DNA of 64,000 nt from Acholeplasmataceae bacterium (GCA_963667565.1 OY763415.1:1472001-1536000), one strand, 5' to 3'; counted from the stretch's first letter, positions 52,377 to 62,053 are shown. The notes: generated from the sequence alone by a model not told the origin. Made by a program: numbers and translations.

Positions 52377-53303
52377 CTAGTAATGTACTCTTCTTTTACT
52401 TACTTGTAAATTAATATAAGTAAATATCAAGATGATGATAAATAATATAACGGCTGCTGCTGCACCTTTAGAATAATATGAAACTAAATTAGGATCTAAA
52501 CCTGTAATTCCAATTTTGTCATAGACGTATGCAACAACTGTCCAACGGTTTCTATCAAGAGAACGTCCTGTTGTACCTGCAACGGCTAAAACATGTTCAT
52601 ATGATTTAAAGGCACCAATGAATGATGTAATCAAAATATAACTAATGAGTGGTGATAATAGTGGAATAGTGATTCTCCACAATACTCTTCTTTTTGGCGT
52701 AGAGTCAATTTTTGCTGCATCATAATATTGTTTGGATATGTTTTGTAAACCACCAATGAATACTAAGATTTTAAATGCTAAACCGCTCCAAATAGAGTAT
52801 AACAACACAACAAACATCCAATGATCTTTCGTTGCGGTTACACCAACCCAGTCAATACTTGTCTTAAAGATTGTATTAATCAAACCTTCAGCTGAAATAC
52901 CTGATATTTGTGGATGCGAGAACATAACACTAAATACCATCCCAATAGCTAATGCATTGGTTACATAGGGTAAGAAAAAGACTGTTTGGAATATTTTTTG
53001 TAATGGCTTGATTGAGTTAAGTGCAACTGCAATTAACAATGCAAGTGCTGTTGATACAGGCACTGACACAAATACAAGCAACAATGTATTCCCAATAGAT
53101 GATCTGAAATATGGATCCATGATCACCACACGATAAGCTTCTAAATCAAAGAAGTCTCCAAATTGATCTCCAATGACGTTATATTGCGAAAATAGAGATA
53201 CTAATACTGTTTTAATGAGTGGGTAAAACGTAAATACCGTTAGTAATAGCAACGGAATCGCGAGATACAACCACGCTTTTCGATCGTTTTTATTCTCTAA
53301 CAT
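52377..53303 (-). CDS. ABC transporter permease (MalF/UgpA-like)
   Basis: FFLPYVT, YYDAAKID, ITIPLLSP. Confidence 0.93.
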   Translation of the reverse strand: MLENKNDRKAWLYLAIPLLLLTVFTFYPLIKTVLVSLFSQYNVIGDQFGDFFDLEAYRVVIMDPYFRSSIGNTLLLVFVSVPVSTALALLIAVALNSIKPLQKIFQTVFFLPYVTNALAIGMVFSVMFSHPQISGISAEGLINTIFKTSIDWVGVTATKDHWMFVVLLYSIWSGLAFKILVFIGGLQNISKQYYDAAKIDSTPKRRVLWRITIPLLSPLISYILITSFIGAFKSYEHVLAVAGTTGRSLDRNRWTVVAYVYDKIGITGLDPNLVSYYSKGAAAAVILFIIILIFTYINLQVSKRRVHY

Positions 53304-54913
53304 TATGCCAATCTCCTACCAGTCTCTTTATCGAAAACAAATGCTTTCTCAGGTTTAATGTTAAAATTGACTTTTTTACCAGCTTCTAATTTTAAATTAG
53401 CATTTGCTAATATAATTCTAAATGTTGGCGTAATTGCTTGTTCATGTGAAGATACTAATGATAAATCTCTACCAATAGTTTCTATGTATTGAGCATCAAT
53501 TGATAATTGACCATCTTCAGCTAAATCATAACCTTCTGGTCTAACACCAATGATAACATTTCTGCTATCTTCTTTTGCCAATTTGCTTGATTCTAAGACA
53601 ACTTTACCTGAAATTGACACTTTACCTTTATTTAATTCAGCTTCGTAAAGTCCAATTGGAGGTGTACCTAAGAATTTAGCAACAAATAAGTTGTTTGGTT
53701 CATCATATACATGTTGAGGAACACCTTTTTGTTGTTCTTCACCAAAATTCATTAAGACGATTTCATCAGAAATTGACATTGCTTCTTCTTGGTCATGTGT
53801 AACGAAGATGGTAGTAATACCAGTTTCTCTTTGAATACGTTTGATTTCTTCTCTTGTTTGAAGTCTTAAACGTGCATCTAAGTTTGAAAGTGGTTCATCC
53901 AATAATAATACTTTAGGTTTTTTAACAAGGGCACGCGCAATCGCGACTCTTTGTTGTTGTCCACCTGATAATTGCGCAGGTGTTTTTTCTAATTGATCTT
54001 CAATACCAACGAGTTTGGCCATTTCGACAGCACGATCATCCATAAGTTTACGATAATTTGTAGCTTTAGCTGCTTCGATAATCTTGATACTCTTTGGTGT
54101 GATTTTTTCAAGTTCTACAGCTAATTTAGCTTCATATTTCGCTCTATCTTGGCCAAATTCAGCTTTAACTTGTGCTAATACTTCAGTTTTCTTAGCTTTA
54201 AATTGATCTTCAACCTTCTTTAATTGTTGTTTTAAATAAGGAAGAAGTTCTTGAACATGCGCTGGAGTGATTTTTGAAACAGCAGCAACATATTCAGAAT
54301 CATATTGGCTCTTTTTGTTTGATGCTTCTTGTTTTGCTTGTGCAATCTTTTGTGCACTAGCTGCTTTTAATTCAGCATAGTTTGCAGCTTTTTTGTTTGC
54401 TTTTAAATTAGCTTTCTCTAATTCAACAGTGTGTTGATATAGAGATTTTGCTTCAGATTCTAATCTTCTATATTTGTTTTTTAGAGATTCTAATTTGTCC
54501 GCATAAGTATAATATGTTTTTGCCTGTTCTGGACTTATGTCCATATAAGCTTGTTTATAGGCTTCTTCAATAGAAGTTTCTCTTAGTCTCATATTTTCAA
54601 GTGGGAACAATATATTTTTTCTCACAGTCATATGTGGGTATAAAGCATAATTTTGGAAAACTAATCCAATGCCTCTTTTTTCAGGAGATAATTGGGTAAC
54701 GTCTTCATCTCCAAAGAAGATTTTTCCTTCAGTTGGATCTAGTAAACCAGCAATCATGTAAAGTGTTGTAGATTTACCACAACCAGAAGGTCCAAGTAGA
54801 CCAACAAGCTTACCTGATGGGATAACAATGTCCATACCATCAACTGCTCTAGTATCCTTCCCTGATTTCTTATCAACAAAGACTTTTGTTAATTGTTCTA
54901 ATCTAATTTCCAT
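53303..54913 (-). CDS. ABC transporter ATP-binding protein (MalK-like) with a long helical insertion
   Basis: [41 protein letters not shown]; about 180 extra K/A/E-rich residues between the Q-loop and the signature motif. Confidence 0.94.
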   Translation of the reverse strand: MEIRLEQLTKVFVDKKSGKDTRAVDGMDIVIPSGKLVGLLGPSGCGKSTTLYMIAGLLDPTEGKIFFGDEDVTQLSPEKRGIGLVFQNYALYPHMTVRKNILFPLENMRLRETSIEEAYKQAYMDISPEQAKTYYTYADKLESLKNKYRRLESEAKSLYQHTVELEKANLKANKKAANYAELKAASAQKIAQAKQEASNKKSQYDSEYVAAVSKITPAHVQELLPYLKQQLKKVEDQFKAKKTEVLAQVKAEFGQDRAKYEAKLAVELEKITPKSIKIIEAAKATNYRKLMDDRAVEMAKLVGIEDQLEKTPAQLSGGQQQRVAIARALVKKPKVLLLDEPLSNLDARLRLQTREEIKRIQRETGITTIFVTHDQEEAMSISDEIVLMNFGEEQQKGVPQHVYDEPNNLFVAKFLGTPPIGLYEAELNKGKVSISGKVVLESSKLAKEDSRNVIIGVRPEGYDLAEDGQLSIDAQYIETIGRDLSLVSSHEQAITPTFRIILANANLKLEAGKKVNFNIKPEKAFVFDKETGRRLA

Positions 54914-54978
54914 ATTGTAACATCTGCTCCTTTAGTTTTGTGCAAAATAAAAGCACTTATGGGGTTGCCAAAAGCACT

Positions 54979-55056
54979 TCATTTAAAAGTATATGAAAAA
55001 ACACTGGTAGTTGTTCGTATTTCGATGGTAGAATTCTCATTTTGCATAACATTCAT
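54979..55056 (-). CDS. Putative 25-aa leader peptide MNVMQNENSTIEIRTTTSVFSYTFK
   Basis: GAGGTG RBS 8 nt upstream of the ATG; lies between a promoter and the ABC ATPase gene. Confidence 0.45.
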   Translation of the reverse strand: MNVMQNENSTIEIRTTTSVFSYTFK

Positions 55057-55079
55057 TAACCATTCACCTCAACAAGATT

Positions 55080-55216
55080 ATTATATAATAATACATAGCG
55101 AATTTCAATGCGTTTAAATGCTAATTTAGTGTTTTTACACTTTTTTTTCAATGATATAAATTGAAAGCGCTTTTAGTGTGTATTACAATTATAGACTTTC
55201 AACTTATATTTGTCAA
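55080..55216 (-). promoter_or_regulatory. Tandem sigma-A promoters with an intervening cre-like operator
   Basis: TTGACA-17-TATAAT (55216-55188), TGAAAGCGCTTTTA (55162-55175), TTGAAA-17-TATAAT (55108-55080). Confidence 0.65.
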
Positions 55217-55233
55217 TGAAAAATACAAGAAAA

Positions 55234-55257
55234 TAAAAGACCCTTAAGGGGTCTTTA
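55234..55257 (-). terminator. asnS terminator
   Basis: AAAGACCC...GGGTCTTT inverted repeat just after the asnS stop. Confidence 0.75.
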
Positions 55258-55267
55258 TAAAATAATT

Positions 55268-56659
55268 TTAGAATTCACAGTTTTTAGGTGTTCTTGGAAA
55301 TGGTATTACATCTCTAATGTTTTCTACGCCTGTAAGGTACATAATGAGTCTTTCGAAGCCTAGTCCGAAGCCTGAATGTACACATCCTCCATAACGTCTT
55401 AAATCAATATACCAATCAAGGTCATTTTGTGGAACATTCATTTCTTTCATGCGCTTAAGTAAGAGGTCAAGTCGCTCTTCCCTTTGAGAACCACCGATGA
55501 GTTCTCCGCTTCCTGGAACAAGTAAGTCTACAGCTGCAACTGTCTCTAGATCATCATTTAAACGCATATAAAATGCTTTGATATCCTTTGGCCAATCTGT
55601 CACAAACACAGGACGCTTGAAGTGAACATCTGTTAAATATTTTTCGTGTTCAGTGTTTAAATCTTGTCCATGCATAGGTTTGTTATCAAATTTAGTGTTA
55701 GCGCTTAACAAGATATCTATTGCTTCTTTATGTGTGACACGAGCAAAAGGGTTCTCTAAAACATTAAATAATCGATCTTTTAATCCTTTTTCAACAAATT
55801 GATCAAAAAACGCCATTTCTTCAGGTAATTTTTCATAAACATATTTAATAATATATTTAACCATTTTTTCAGCAACTTCCATATCTTTTTCAAGATCAGC
55901 AAATGCCATTTCTGGTTCAATCATCCAAAACTCTGATGCATGTCGTTGTGTATTCGAGTTTTCAGCTCTAAATGTTGGTCCAAATGTATATATATTTCTA
56001 AAAGATAGTGCGTAAGCTTCGCCTTCTAGCTGCCCAGTCACTGTTAAATTTGTTCTTTTTCCAAAGAAATCTTTTTTATAGTCAATATTGCCTTCTTCAT
56101 CTCTTGGTATATCATTTGGATCAAATGTAGAAACGCTAAACATTTGACCAGCACCTTCACCATCGTTTCCTGTGATTATGGGTGTATGTGTATAAATAAA
56201 TCCTTCTTTTTGAAAAAATTCGTGTACAGCAAACGCTGCAACACTTCTTAATCTAAAAACGGCGTGAAATAAATTGGTTCTTGCACGTAGATGGGCAACC
56301 TCTCTAAGGAATTCTCTTGTGTGTCTTTTAGGTTGAATAGGATAATTTTCTTCAGAATCACCTAAAAGCGTTATTGAAGTCGCTTTTAATTCAAAAGGTT
56401 GCTTCATTTCTGGCGTTAGAAGTAATATCCCTGTCACTGCAATTGAACTGCCTACTCTAAATTTTTGCACTTCTGCAAAATTAGATATTTTTTCTTCTTC
56501 ATAAACCACTTGCAGTTGTTCAAAAAAACTTCCATCATGAAAATTGATGAATCCAAAAGATTTTTGCGCTCTATGGTTTCTCACCCATCCATAAAGTGTT
56601 ACTTCTTGGTTTGCAAATGTGTCGGTTTCTCTAAATATTTGTTTTACTGTAACTTCCAT
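55268..56659 (-). CDS. asnS: Asparagine--tRNA ligase
   Basis: GPTFRAENSNT, EFWMIEPE, GELIGGSQRE, HSGFGLGFER. Confidence 0.98.
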   Translation of the reverse strand: MEVTVKQIFRETDTFANQEVTLYGWVRNHRAQKSFGFINFHDGSFFEQLQVVYEEEKISNFAEVQKFRVGSSIAVTGILLLTPEMKQPFELKATSITLLGDSEENYPIQPKRHTREFLREVAHLRARTNLFHAVFRLRSVAAFAVHEFFQKEGFIYTHTPIITGNDGEGAGQMFSVSTFDPNDIPRDEEGNIDYKKDFFGKRTNLTVTGQLEGEAYALSFRNIYTFGPTFRAENSNTQRHASEFWMIEPEMAFADLEKDMEVAEKMVKYIIKYVYEKLPEEMAFFDQFVEKGLKDRLFNVLENPFARVTHKEAIDILLSANTKFDNKPMHGQDLNTEHEKYLTDVHFKRPVFVTDWPKDIKAFYMRLNDDLETVAAVDLLVPGSGELIGGSQREERLDLLLKRMKEMNVPQNDLDWYIDLRRYGGCVHSGFGLGFERLIMYLTGVENIRDVIPFPRTPKNCEF

Positions 56660-56695
56660 ATATTTTACCTCTTTCAATTAGGCGTTTAATTCAAT

Positions 56696-56925
56696 AAAAA
56701 AACGCCCTTAAATATAGTATCTAAGGACGAATAATTTCGCGGTACCACCTTAGTTCTAGAATCGCTTCTAGCACCTTGATATCTTTAACGCAGAATGTAC
56801 GGATGGGTCTACTCATTTCTTCCATCTCTCAAAGTGTTGTCTATGCTGGTCTTACGGTTAGTCTTTCACCCTCACTAACTCGCTTTTCGCAGTGGCCAAA
56901 TAGCGCTGTCTTATCATCGATTTAT
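56696..56925 (-). ncRNA. T-box leader (Asn specifier)
   Basis: T-box AAGGTGGTACCGCG at 56751-56738; AAC in the presumed specifier loop near 56836-56838; terminator CGTCCTTAG...TTAAGGGCG plus T run. Confidence 0.92.
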
Positions 56926-56930
56926 ACCTT

Positions 56931-56959
56931 ATTATATGTGATTAATCTTTAGTTGTCAA
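56931..56959 (-). promoter_or_regulatory. asnS promoter
   Basis: Perfect TTGACA-17-TATAAT; the -35 lies in the last codons of rmuC. Confidence 0.8.
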
Positions 56960-58084
56960 TGACTCTTCATCTTCAAAACTTTCTTCAAGTAATTCGTCAA
57001 ATTTAGCATCTTGAATGTAATCAAATTTTTGGCTGATTTTTCTACTTGAAATATTGACGTTATTTGCGTCATTTGAGACTGAGTCAATAGATCTTTTTAA
57101 TTTAGCCCAACGATCAGAATAACGGTTAAATTCATCTCCCAATTTTCTTAACTCTGTTAAGATAATTGATGTTTGCTTGTCTCTTTCGATATTCTTGACA
57201 ATCGTTAAAATCGTCGCGAGTGTTGAGATCAGTGTTGTTGGCGATACCAACCATACGTTTTTCTTTTGAGAATAAATGATCAGATCTTCATGATACGCTG
57301 TGATTTCTGCAAAAATAGCTTCAGCAGGAATAAACATAAAAGCTTGGTCTGCAGTCACTTCATCAATGATATATTTGGATGCAATATCATCAATGTGTTT
57401 TTTCACATCTTTCTTAAATTCTTTTTCAGCATTTAGTCGTTCTATATCACTTAAGTTTTTATCAACCATTCTTTGGTAATTTTCAAGTGGAAACTTGGAG
57501 TCTACACCGATATCCCCAAGAGGTTTTGGTGCATAGATAATCGCGTCAACTTTAGTGTTGTTTGGAAGTGTTTTTTGCAACTCATAAAGTTGCTTATTGT
57601 CACCCATCACAGCTTGCAAAATATGCGTGAGTTGAACCTCTCCAAAAGTACCTCTAGATTTCTTGTCTGTTAAGATATTGTTTAGTTGTACAACTTCAGT
57701 AGAAAGTGTCTCTATTTTCTTTTGAGCAACATCAATTTTAGCCAGTCTTTCAATGACATCTTGGAAGGTCTTATTGGTTTTTTCGAAACCATCTCCTAAA
57801 CGCTCTTCAACTTTAGAATTTATACCCTTCATTTGTGATTCAATATGCGCCATCATTTTGTCTTTAAACTGATTCAAATCGTTTTGATTCATTTTATTTG
57901 CTTCATTAAATAATTTAAGCATATGTTCTCTTAAATCCGTATATTCATCTTTTAAATATAATTTTAATTCTGTACTTTCTTTTTGACTTACACCTTCATT
58001 ATTTTCCTTTTTATTTACTCTATAGAGTAAATAGATAACTAAAATAAGCGTTAGCAAAATCAATCCTATCATCAAATAATCCAT
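56942..58084 (-). CDS. rmuC: DNA recombination protein RmuC
   Basis: N-terminal TM and coiled coil, RGTFGEVQL, VDSKFP, FIPAEAIF, VSPTTL. Confidence 0.93.
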   Translation of the reverse strand: MDYLMIGLILLTLILVIYLLYRVNKKENNEGVSQKESTELKLYLKDEYTDLREHMLKLFNEANKMNQNDLNQFKDKMMAHIESQMKGINSKVEERLGDGFEKTNKTFQDVIERLAKIDVAQKKIETLSTEVVQLNNILTDKKSRGTFGEVQLTHILQAVMGDNKQLYELQKTLPNNTKVDAIIYAPKPLGDIGVDSKFPLENYQRMVDKNLSDIERLNAEKEFKKDVKKHIDDIASKYIIDEVTADQAFMFIPAEAIFAEITAYHEDLIIYSQKKNVWLVSPTTLISTLATILTIVKNIERDKQTSIILTELRKLGDEFNRYSDRWAKLKRSIDSVSNDANNVNISSRKISQKFDYIQDAKFDELLEESFEDEESLTTKD

Positions 58085-58097
58085 AAACTCACCCCTG

Positions 58098-59060
58098 TTA
58101 AATATCTTCTAAATGATAAATATGTACAACATCATCAATGATTTCTACATAGAAAATAATGTAGGTTTCACTAGACAAAATAATGTCGTTAACTGACGTA
58201 ATAAATCCATCATCATTTAATACTGTTGAATATTGTTTTTGGTCCTCTTCAGCAACCATTGCACTTTGATATGCACGACTGACTAAATCAGTACAATAAT
58301 ACTTATCTTTCATATCTAAAAAGAACAAATAATTATATAGAGCGGTATCATTAATTTGATCTCCAAAATCATTAAGTTTTATAAGTGTTTCATCTGTAAT
58401 ATTTTTAACTCTAACACCTATAAATTCAGTTCTATAATAATTACCAAAATAAGGATATTGATCGTTTGTCTCTGTTCTAAACGTTGGACTTAACCAATAA
58501 TTGGTATTTGTCTCATTAGCAAACATATCAGCGCCAGTAGAACCATCGCCTGGATCTTTAATAGCCTGAAGCACTTCATCAAATGTGTCTACCATACCGG
58601 TTGCTTCATAAAATGTATTATGATCTGATTTAAATGCTGCGTGACCACCAAAATAATATGTCATGAACATATTCATCAGCGGCGATTGAGGAAAAGGTGA
58701 TTGCTGTGTTAAGAAAATATCACCATTTTGTCCAAGATATCGATGTGTTTGGTCATAAAATACGCTTCTTGTATCACTTAATTCATCCGATGTTTCACGT
58801 GGAACAATATGATAAACTCTCTTTTGATATACACCTGCATAATATTCTAATTCAACCCCTATTTCAAATGTAGCACGCGCTTTAAAAGCTTCTATTTCGG
58901 CATTTGTTTGGATGTTTTCATATGAAGATACGCCAAAACTGTAAAAAATACCGCCAATGACGATGATTAATAATATATTTAAAACTCTAATGATGGGTGA
59001 TTTTTTACGTCTTTTGACTTTTCTTTTTTTAACTTTGGCTGCAAATATCATACTAAACAT
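58098..59060 (-). CDS. Membrane-anchored permuted papain-like (YiiX/YebB, NlpC/P60 superfamily) enzyme
   Basis: GDIFL and GGHAA (His) precede YNY...YYCTDLVSRAY (Cys), the permuted order. Confidence 0.7.
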   Translation of the reverse strand: MFSMIFAAKVKKRKVKRRKKSPIIRVLNILLIIVIGGIFYSFGVSSYENIQTNAEIEAFKARATFEIGVELEYYAGVYQKRVYHIVPRETSDELSDTRSVFYDQTHRYLGQNGDIFLTQQSPFPQSPLMNMFMTYYFGGHAAFKSDHNTFYEATGMVDTFDEVLQAIKDPGDGSTGADMFANETNTNYWLSPTFRTETNDQYPYFGNYYRTEFIGVRVKNITDETLIKLNDFGDQINDTALYNYLFFLDMKDKYYCTDLVSRAYQSAMVAEEDQKQYSTVLNDDGFITSVNDIILSSETYIIFYVEIIDDVVHIYHLEDI

Positions 59061-59110
59061 TTCCTTTTTGAGTTTACTTAAATTATATCATAAAAAAAAG
59101 TAGTACATGA

Positions 59111-59731
59111 CTACTTTTTAGGTTTGATTACTAAACGACGATCTTCGCCTTCACCTTCTGATTCAGTGATGACATCACGCCATTCGCTTAATTTAGTATG
59201 AACGATACGACGATCATATGCATTCATCGGATCCAACTTAACAGCAATTTTAGTTCTTGCTACATCTTTAGCTGTTTTAGTTGCTAAAATTTCAAGTTGT
59301 TTTTTATGATTTTCATAATAATTACCAATGTCTAATGAAACAACTAAATGACCATCAACAAATGTGTTCAAATAGTTTCTTAGCATAAATTGTAATCCTC
59401 TAAGTGTGCGTCCTTCTTTACCAATCAGTAAAGCATTCTCGTCACTTTCAACTAAATAATGAATTTCATTACCGTTATTTAATGTTCTAGCTTCCATTCT
59501 ACATTCAACTTCTAGTGATTGTAAAATGTTTTCTAAGTAAACTTTACCTTCGGTAACAAGTGTGATATTAGGTGTTGCCTCATACGTTGTTGATGCACCT
59601 AACCCTAATAATCCTCTTTTTTCTTTAATAATTTCAATTTTAATCTTATCACTTTGTATTTTTAATAAATCAGTAGCCATTTTTAATGCTTCGCTATCTG
59701 ATTTAGCTTCGAATTCTACTCTCTTTAACAT
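59111..59731 (-). CDS. jag: Jag/EloR (KH plus R3H) RNA-binding protein
   Basis: LIGKEGRTL, PMNAYDRRIVH, SEGEGEDR. Confidence 0.95.
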   Translation of the reverse strand: MLKRVEFEAKSDSEALKMATDLLKIQSDKIKIEIIKEKRGLLGLGASTTYEATPNITLVTEGKVYLENILQSLEVECRMEARTLNNGNEIHYLVESDENALLIGKEGRTLRGLQFMLRNYLNTFVDGHLVVSLDIGNYYENHKKQLEILATKTAKDVARTKIAVKLDPMNAYDRRIVHTKLSEWRDVITESEGEGEDRRLVIKPKK

Positions 59732-59735
59732 ATGT

Positions 59736-61190
59736 TCACCCCAACAATTCTTTTTGTTTTAATTCTTCATGTCTCTTTTCATTGATCTTTCTATTAATGA
59801 GTGTTTGACCGATAGAATAAGCGTTACCAACAACCCAATAAAGTGCTAACGCGTTGTTGCTATACGCAAATGTCGCCATCATGATAACCATGAAATAACT
59901 TACCATCTTCATTGTTTGTTCAGTTTGCTGTGCTTGTGAAGTTTTATTTTGTGTGCCTGTGTTTTTAGCATAACTTGGTTTCTTTTGTGAAATCTTTTGT
60001 AATAAAAACATAGTTGCACCAACGATGACAGCTAAAATTCCACTTGCAGATAAGATACCTTGGCTACCTGTTGATAAATCAATACCTAAGAATGTTGTAT
60101 TAGATACTTTATCTGTATAAATACCACCTTCTAATGTAATTCTTAAAACAACACGATACATAGCGATGAATATTGGCATTTGCAAGAATGGCATTAAACA
60201 TCCAGCGGCACCAATTTTGTGTTTCTTATATGCCTGCATCGTCTCCATTTGCATCATTTGTTGCGATTGAGGGTCTTTTCTAGTTGCATATTTTTGTTGA
60301 ATGCGTTGTAAATCTGGTTGAGCTAATGACATTCTCATTGTCATATCATTACTTTTAGCATAAATTGGCCATGCAAGTGTTCTAACGATAATTGTTGTGA
60401 TGATAATACCCATCGCAAATGAGTTACCAAAAATACCAGCAAATAATTGCATAACAAATGCAACAGGAATCACTAAAATATAATCGAACCAATTTGCAGC
60501 TTCAGTTGTAATAGGTGGTTGACCAGTTGCAACATAAGCATCAAATGATGTTTGATATCCATCATAAGAAAAATTAATTGTAAATGATTCTTTTTCAGCA
60601 AATTTACCATCAGTTAATGGTACATACGTTGTTGAAAACAAATCTGCAAAAGCAGCTTCATTAAGCGTTTCGTGTAATGCGATCACATCACCATCTTTTT
60701 GAACTGCATAAGCTTCAATACCTGTAGGTTTGAAAGTTTCTCCAATATTGTAAACAATATTGGCAGTATCCTTAAATCTAAATACGACAAATGCAATCTC
60801 ATCATTACTTACCACAGTTTCAGGTAAAATATAAACCTTGTATTGTGGTGAAAACAAGTCATCTGTTGAATTAGCACCATAAGTATATGTTCTAATAACA
60901 CCACCGTCAGTCACATCTTCACTTGTATATGTGTCATAAAGTGTTGTATCTTCTGATGAAGTTGTATATAAAGAGTATTGCCCTGCTTCAGTAATTCTCC
61001 AATAAGAGAATCCTAAGTCGCCGCGTACATTTGGTGAGTCATTATAATCAAAGACTAATTGATCATAATTTGTACCAATTGGATTGTTTGCTACAATTAA
61101 AGCAACTGGGTCCTCAGAAGAACACCCAGAAAGAAGAATCAATGCAAACAATGCAACAAATGCGAAAAATATTTTTTTAATATGATGCAT
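59736..61190 (-). CDS. yidC: Membrane protein insertase YidC with an extended lipoprotein N-domain
   Basis: TIIVRTLAWP, GCLMPFLQMPIFIAMY, LALYWVVGN; LSGC lipobox. Confidence 0.94.
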   Translation of the reverse strand: MHHIKKIFFAFVALFALILLSGCSSEDPVALIVANNPIGTNYDQLVFDYNDSPNVRGDLGFSYWRITEAGQYSLYTTSSEDTTLYDTYTSEDVTDGGVIRTYTYGANSTDDLFSPQYKVYILPETVVSNDEIAFVVFRFKDTANIVYNIGETFKPTGIEAYAVQKDGDVIALHETLNEAAFADLFSTTYVPLTDGKFAEKESFTINFSYDGYQTSFDAYVATGQPPITTEAANWFDYILVIPVAFVMQLFAGIFGNSFAMGIIITTIIVRTLAWPIYAKSNDMTMRMSLAQPDLQRIQQKYATRKDPQSQQMMQMETMQAYKKHKIGAAGCLMPFLQMPIFIAMYRVVLRITLEGGIYTDKVSNTTFLGIDLSTGSQGILSASGILAVIVGATMFLLQKISQKKPSYAKNTGTQNKTSQAQQTEQTMKMVSYFMVIMMATFAYSNNALALYWVVGNAYSIGQTLINRKINEKRHEELKQKELLG

Positions 61191-61533
61191 GTTCTTTCTC
61201 CATTAAATTAGATTTTTTAAATAGTTCATCAAGATTTGTTTTAATATCTTGATAACTCAACGTTTTAGATAAAGGTTTTATAACAATCACAAAATCTAAT
61301 TGTGCTTTCATATATTTACTATATTTTGCAACAATCATTCTAATTCTTCGTTTTGCTAAATTTCTTTCAACTGCATTTCCATATTTTCTTCCAATGGACA
61401 ATGCAAATCTAAAATGTTGATTATTTTCGTTTTGTTTCTGATAAACTCCATAAAATTGATTGCTTTTAGATTTCTTTTGTTTAAAAATCGCATCGATTTC
61501 GCCACTTTTTTTTATGCGATATTCTTTTTTCAT
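61177..61533 (-). CDS. rnpA: Ribonuclease P protein component
   Basis: RIKK, KYGNAVERNLAKRRIR. Confidence 0.95.
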   Translation of the reverse strand: MKKEYRIKKSGEIDAIFKQKKSKSNQFYGVYQKQNENNQHFRFALSIGRKYGNAVERNLAKRRIRMIVAKYSKYMKAQLDFVIVIKPLSKTLSYQDIKTNLDELFKKSNLMEKEHASY

Positions 61534-61619
61534 CTTTTAAATGTAAAAAAAAGGACACTCAAAAATTAACTTGTCAGTTATTTTAATCGAGTAGTCCTGG
61601 TTTTTTAAAATAATCAATA

Positions 61620-61754
61620 TTATACAGTTAGTTGCGCGCGGCCTTTTGCTCTACGACGAGCAAGTACATTGCGTCCACCTGGAGTAGCCATTCTAGCTCT
61701 GAAACCATGTGTTTTTTGACGTTTAAGCTTACTTGGTTGATATGTTCTTTTCAC
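61620..61754 (-). CDS. rpmH: 50S ribosomal protein L34
   Basis: GTG start; [24 protein letters not shown]. Confidence 0.98.
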   Translation of the reverse strand: MKRTYQPSKLKRQKTHGFRARMATPGGRNVLARRRAKGRAQLTV

Positions 61755-61871
61755 AATAAAACCACCTTTCCTTGCGAAACCATGCTTTTTTATTATATAT
61801 AAATATATAACGAATGTCAATAAGAATTATTCTCTTTTTTTTATATTGTCATAGGTTCTATTTTTTTAAGG

Positions 61872-62053
61872 TTATCCACACTGTTTTTTTAGAATATGGT
61901 GTGGAAAACTTTTCCACCAATCACTTTCAATTGTGGATAAATGGATAACTCATATAAATCCGTTAACAAAAGCCACAAATGCCTTTATTTATCCACATTT
62001 TAACCACAAAATATCACACTTCAAAAAAAGTTATCCACAAATAATGTGGGTAA
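61872..62053. other. oriC, upstream part: DnaA-box cluster
   Basis: Perfect TTATCCACA boxes at 61872, 61932 (reverse), 61989 and 62031; near matches at 61900, 62000 and 62045. Confidence 0.92.

Noticed and set aside
54040..54590. Intein or mobile insertion in the ABC ATPase
   Set aside because: No Cys/Ser...His-Asn ends, endonuclease motifs or flanking repeats.
61755..61820. 22-residue N-terminal extension of L34 given in the ORF track
   Set aside because: The GTG at 61754 has an AAGGTGG RBS and yields the normal 44-aa protein.
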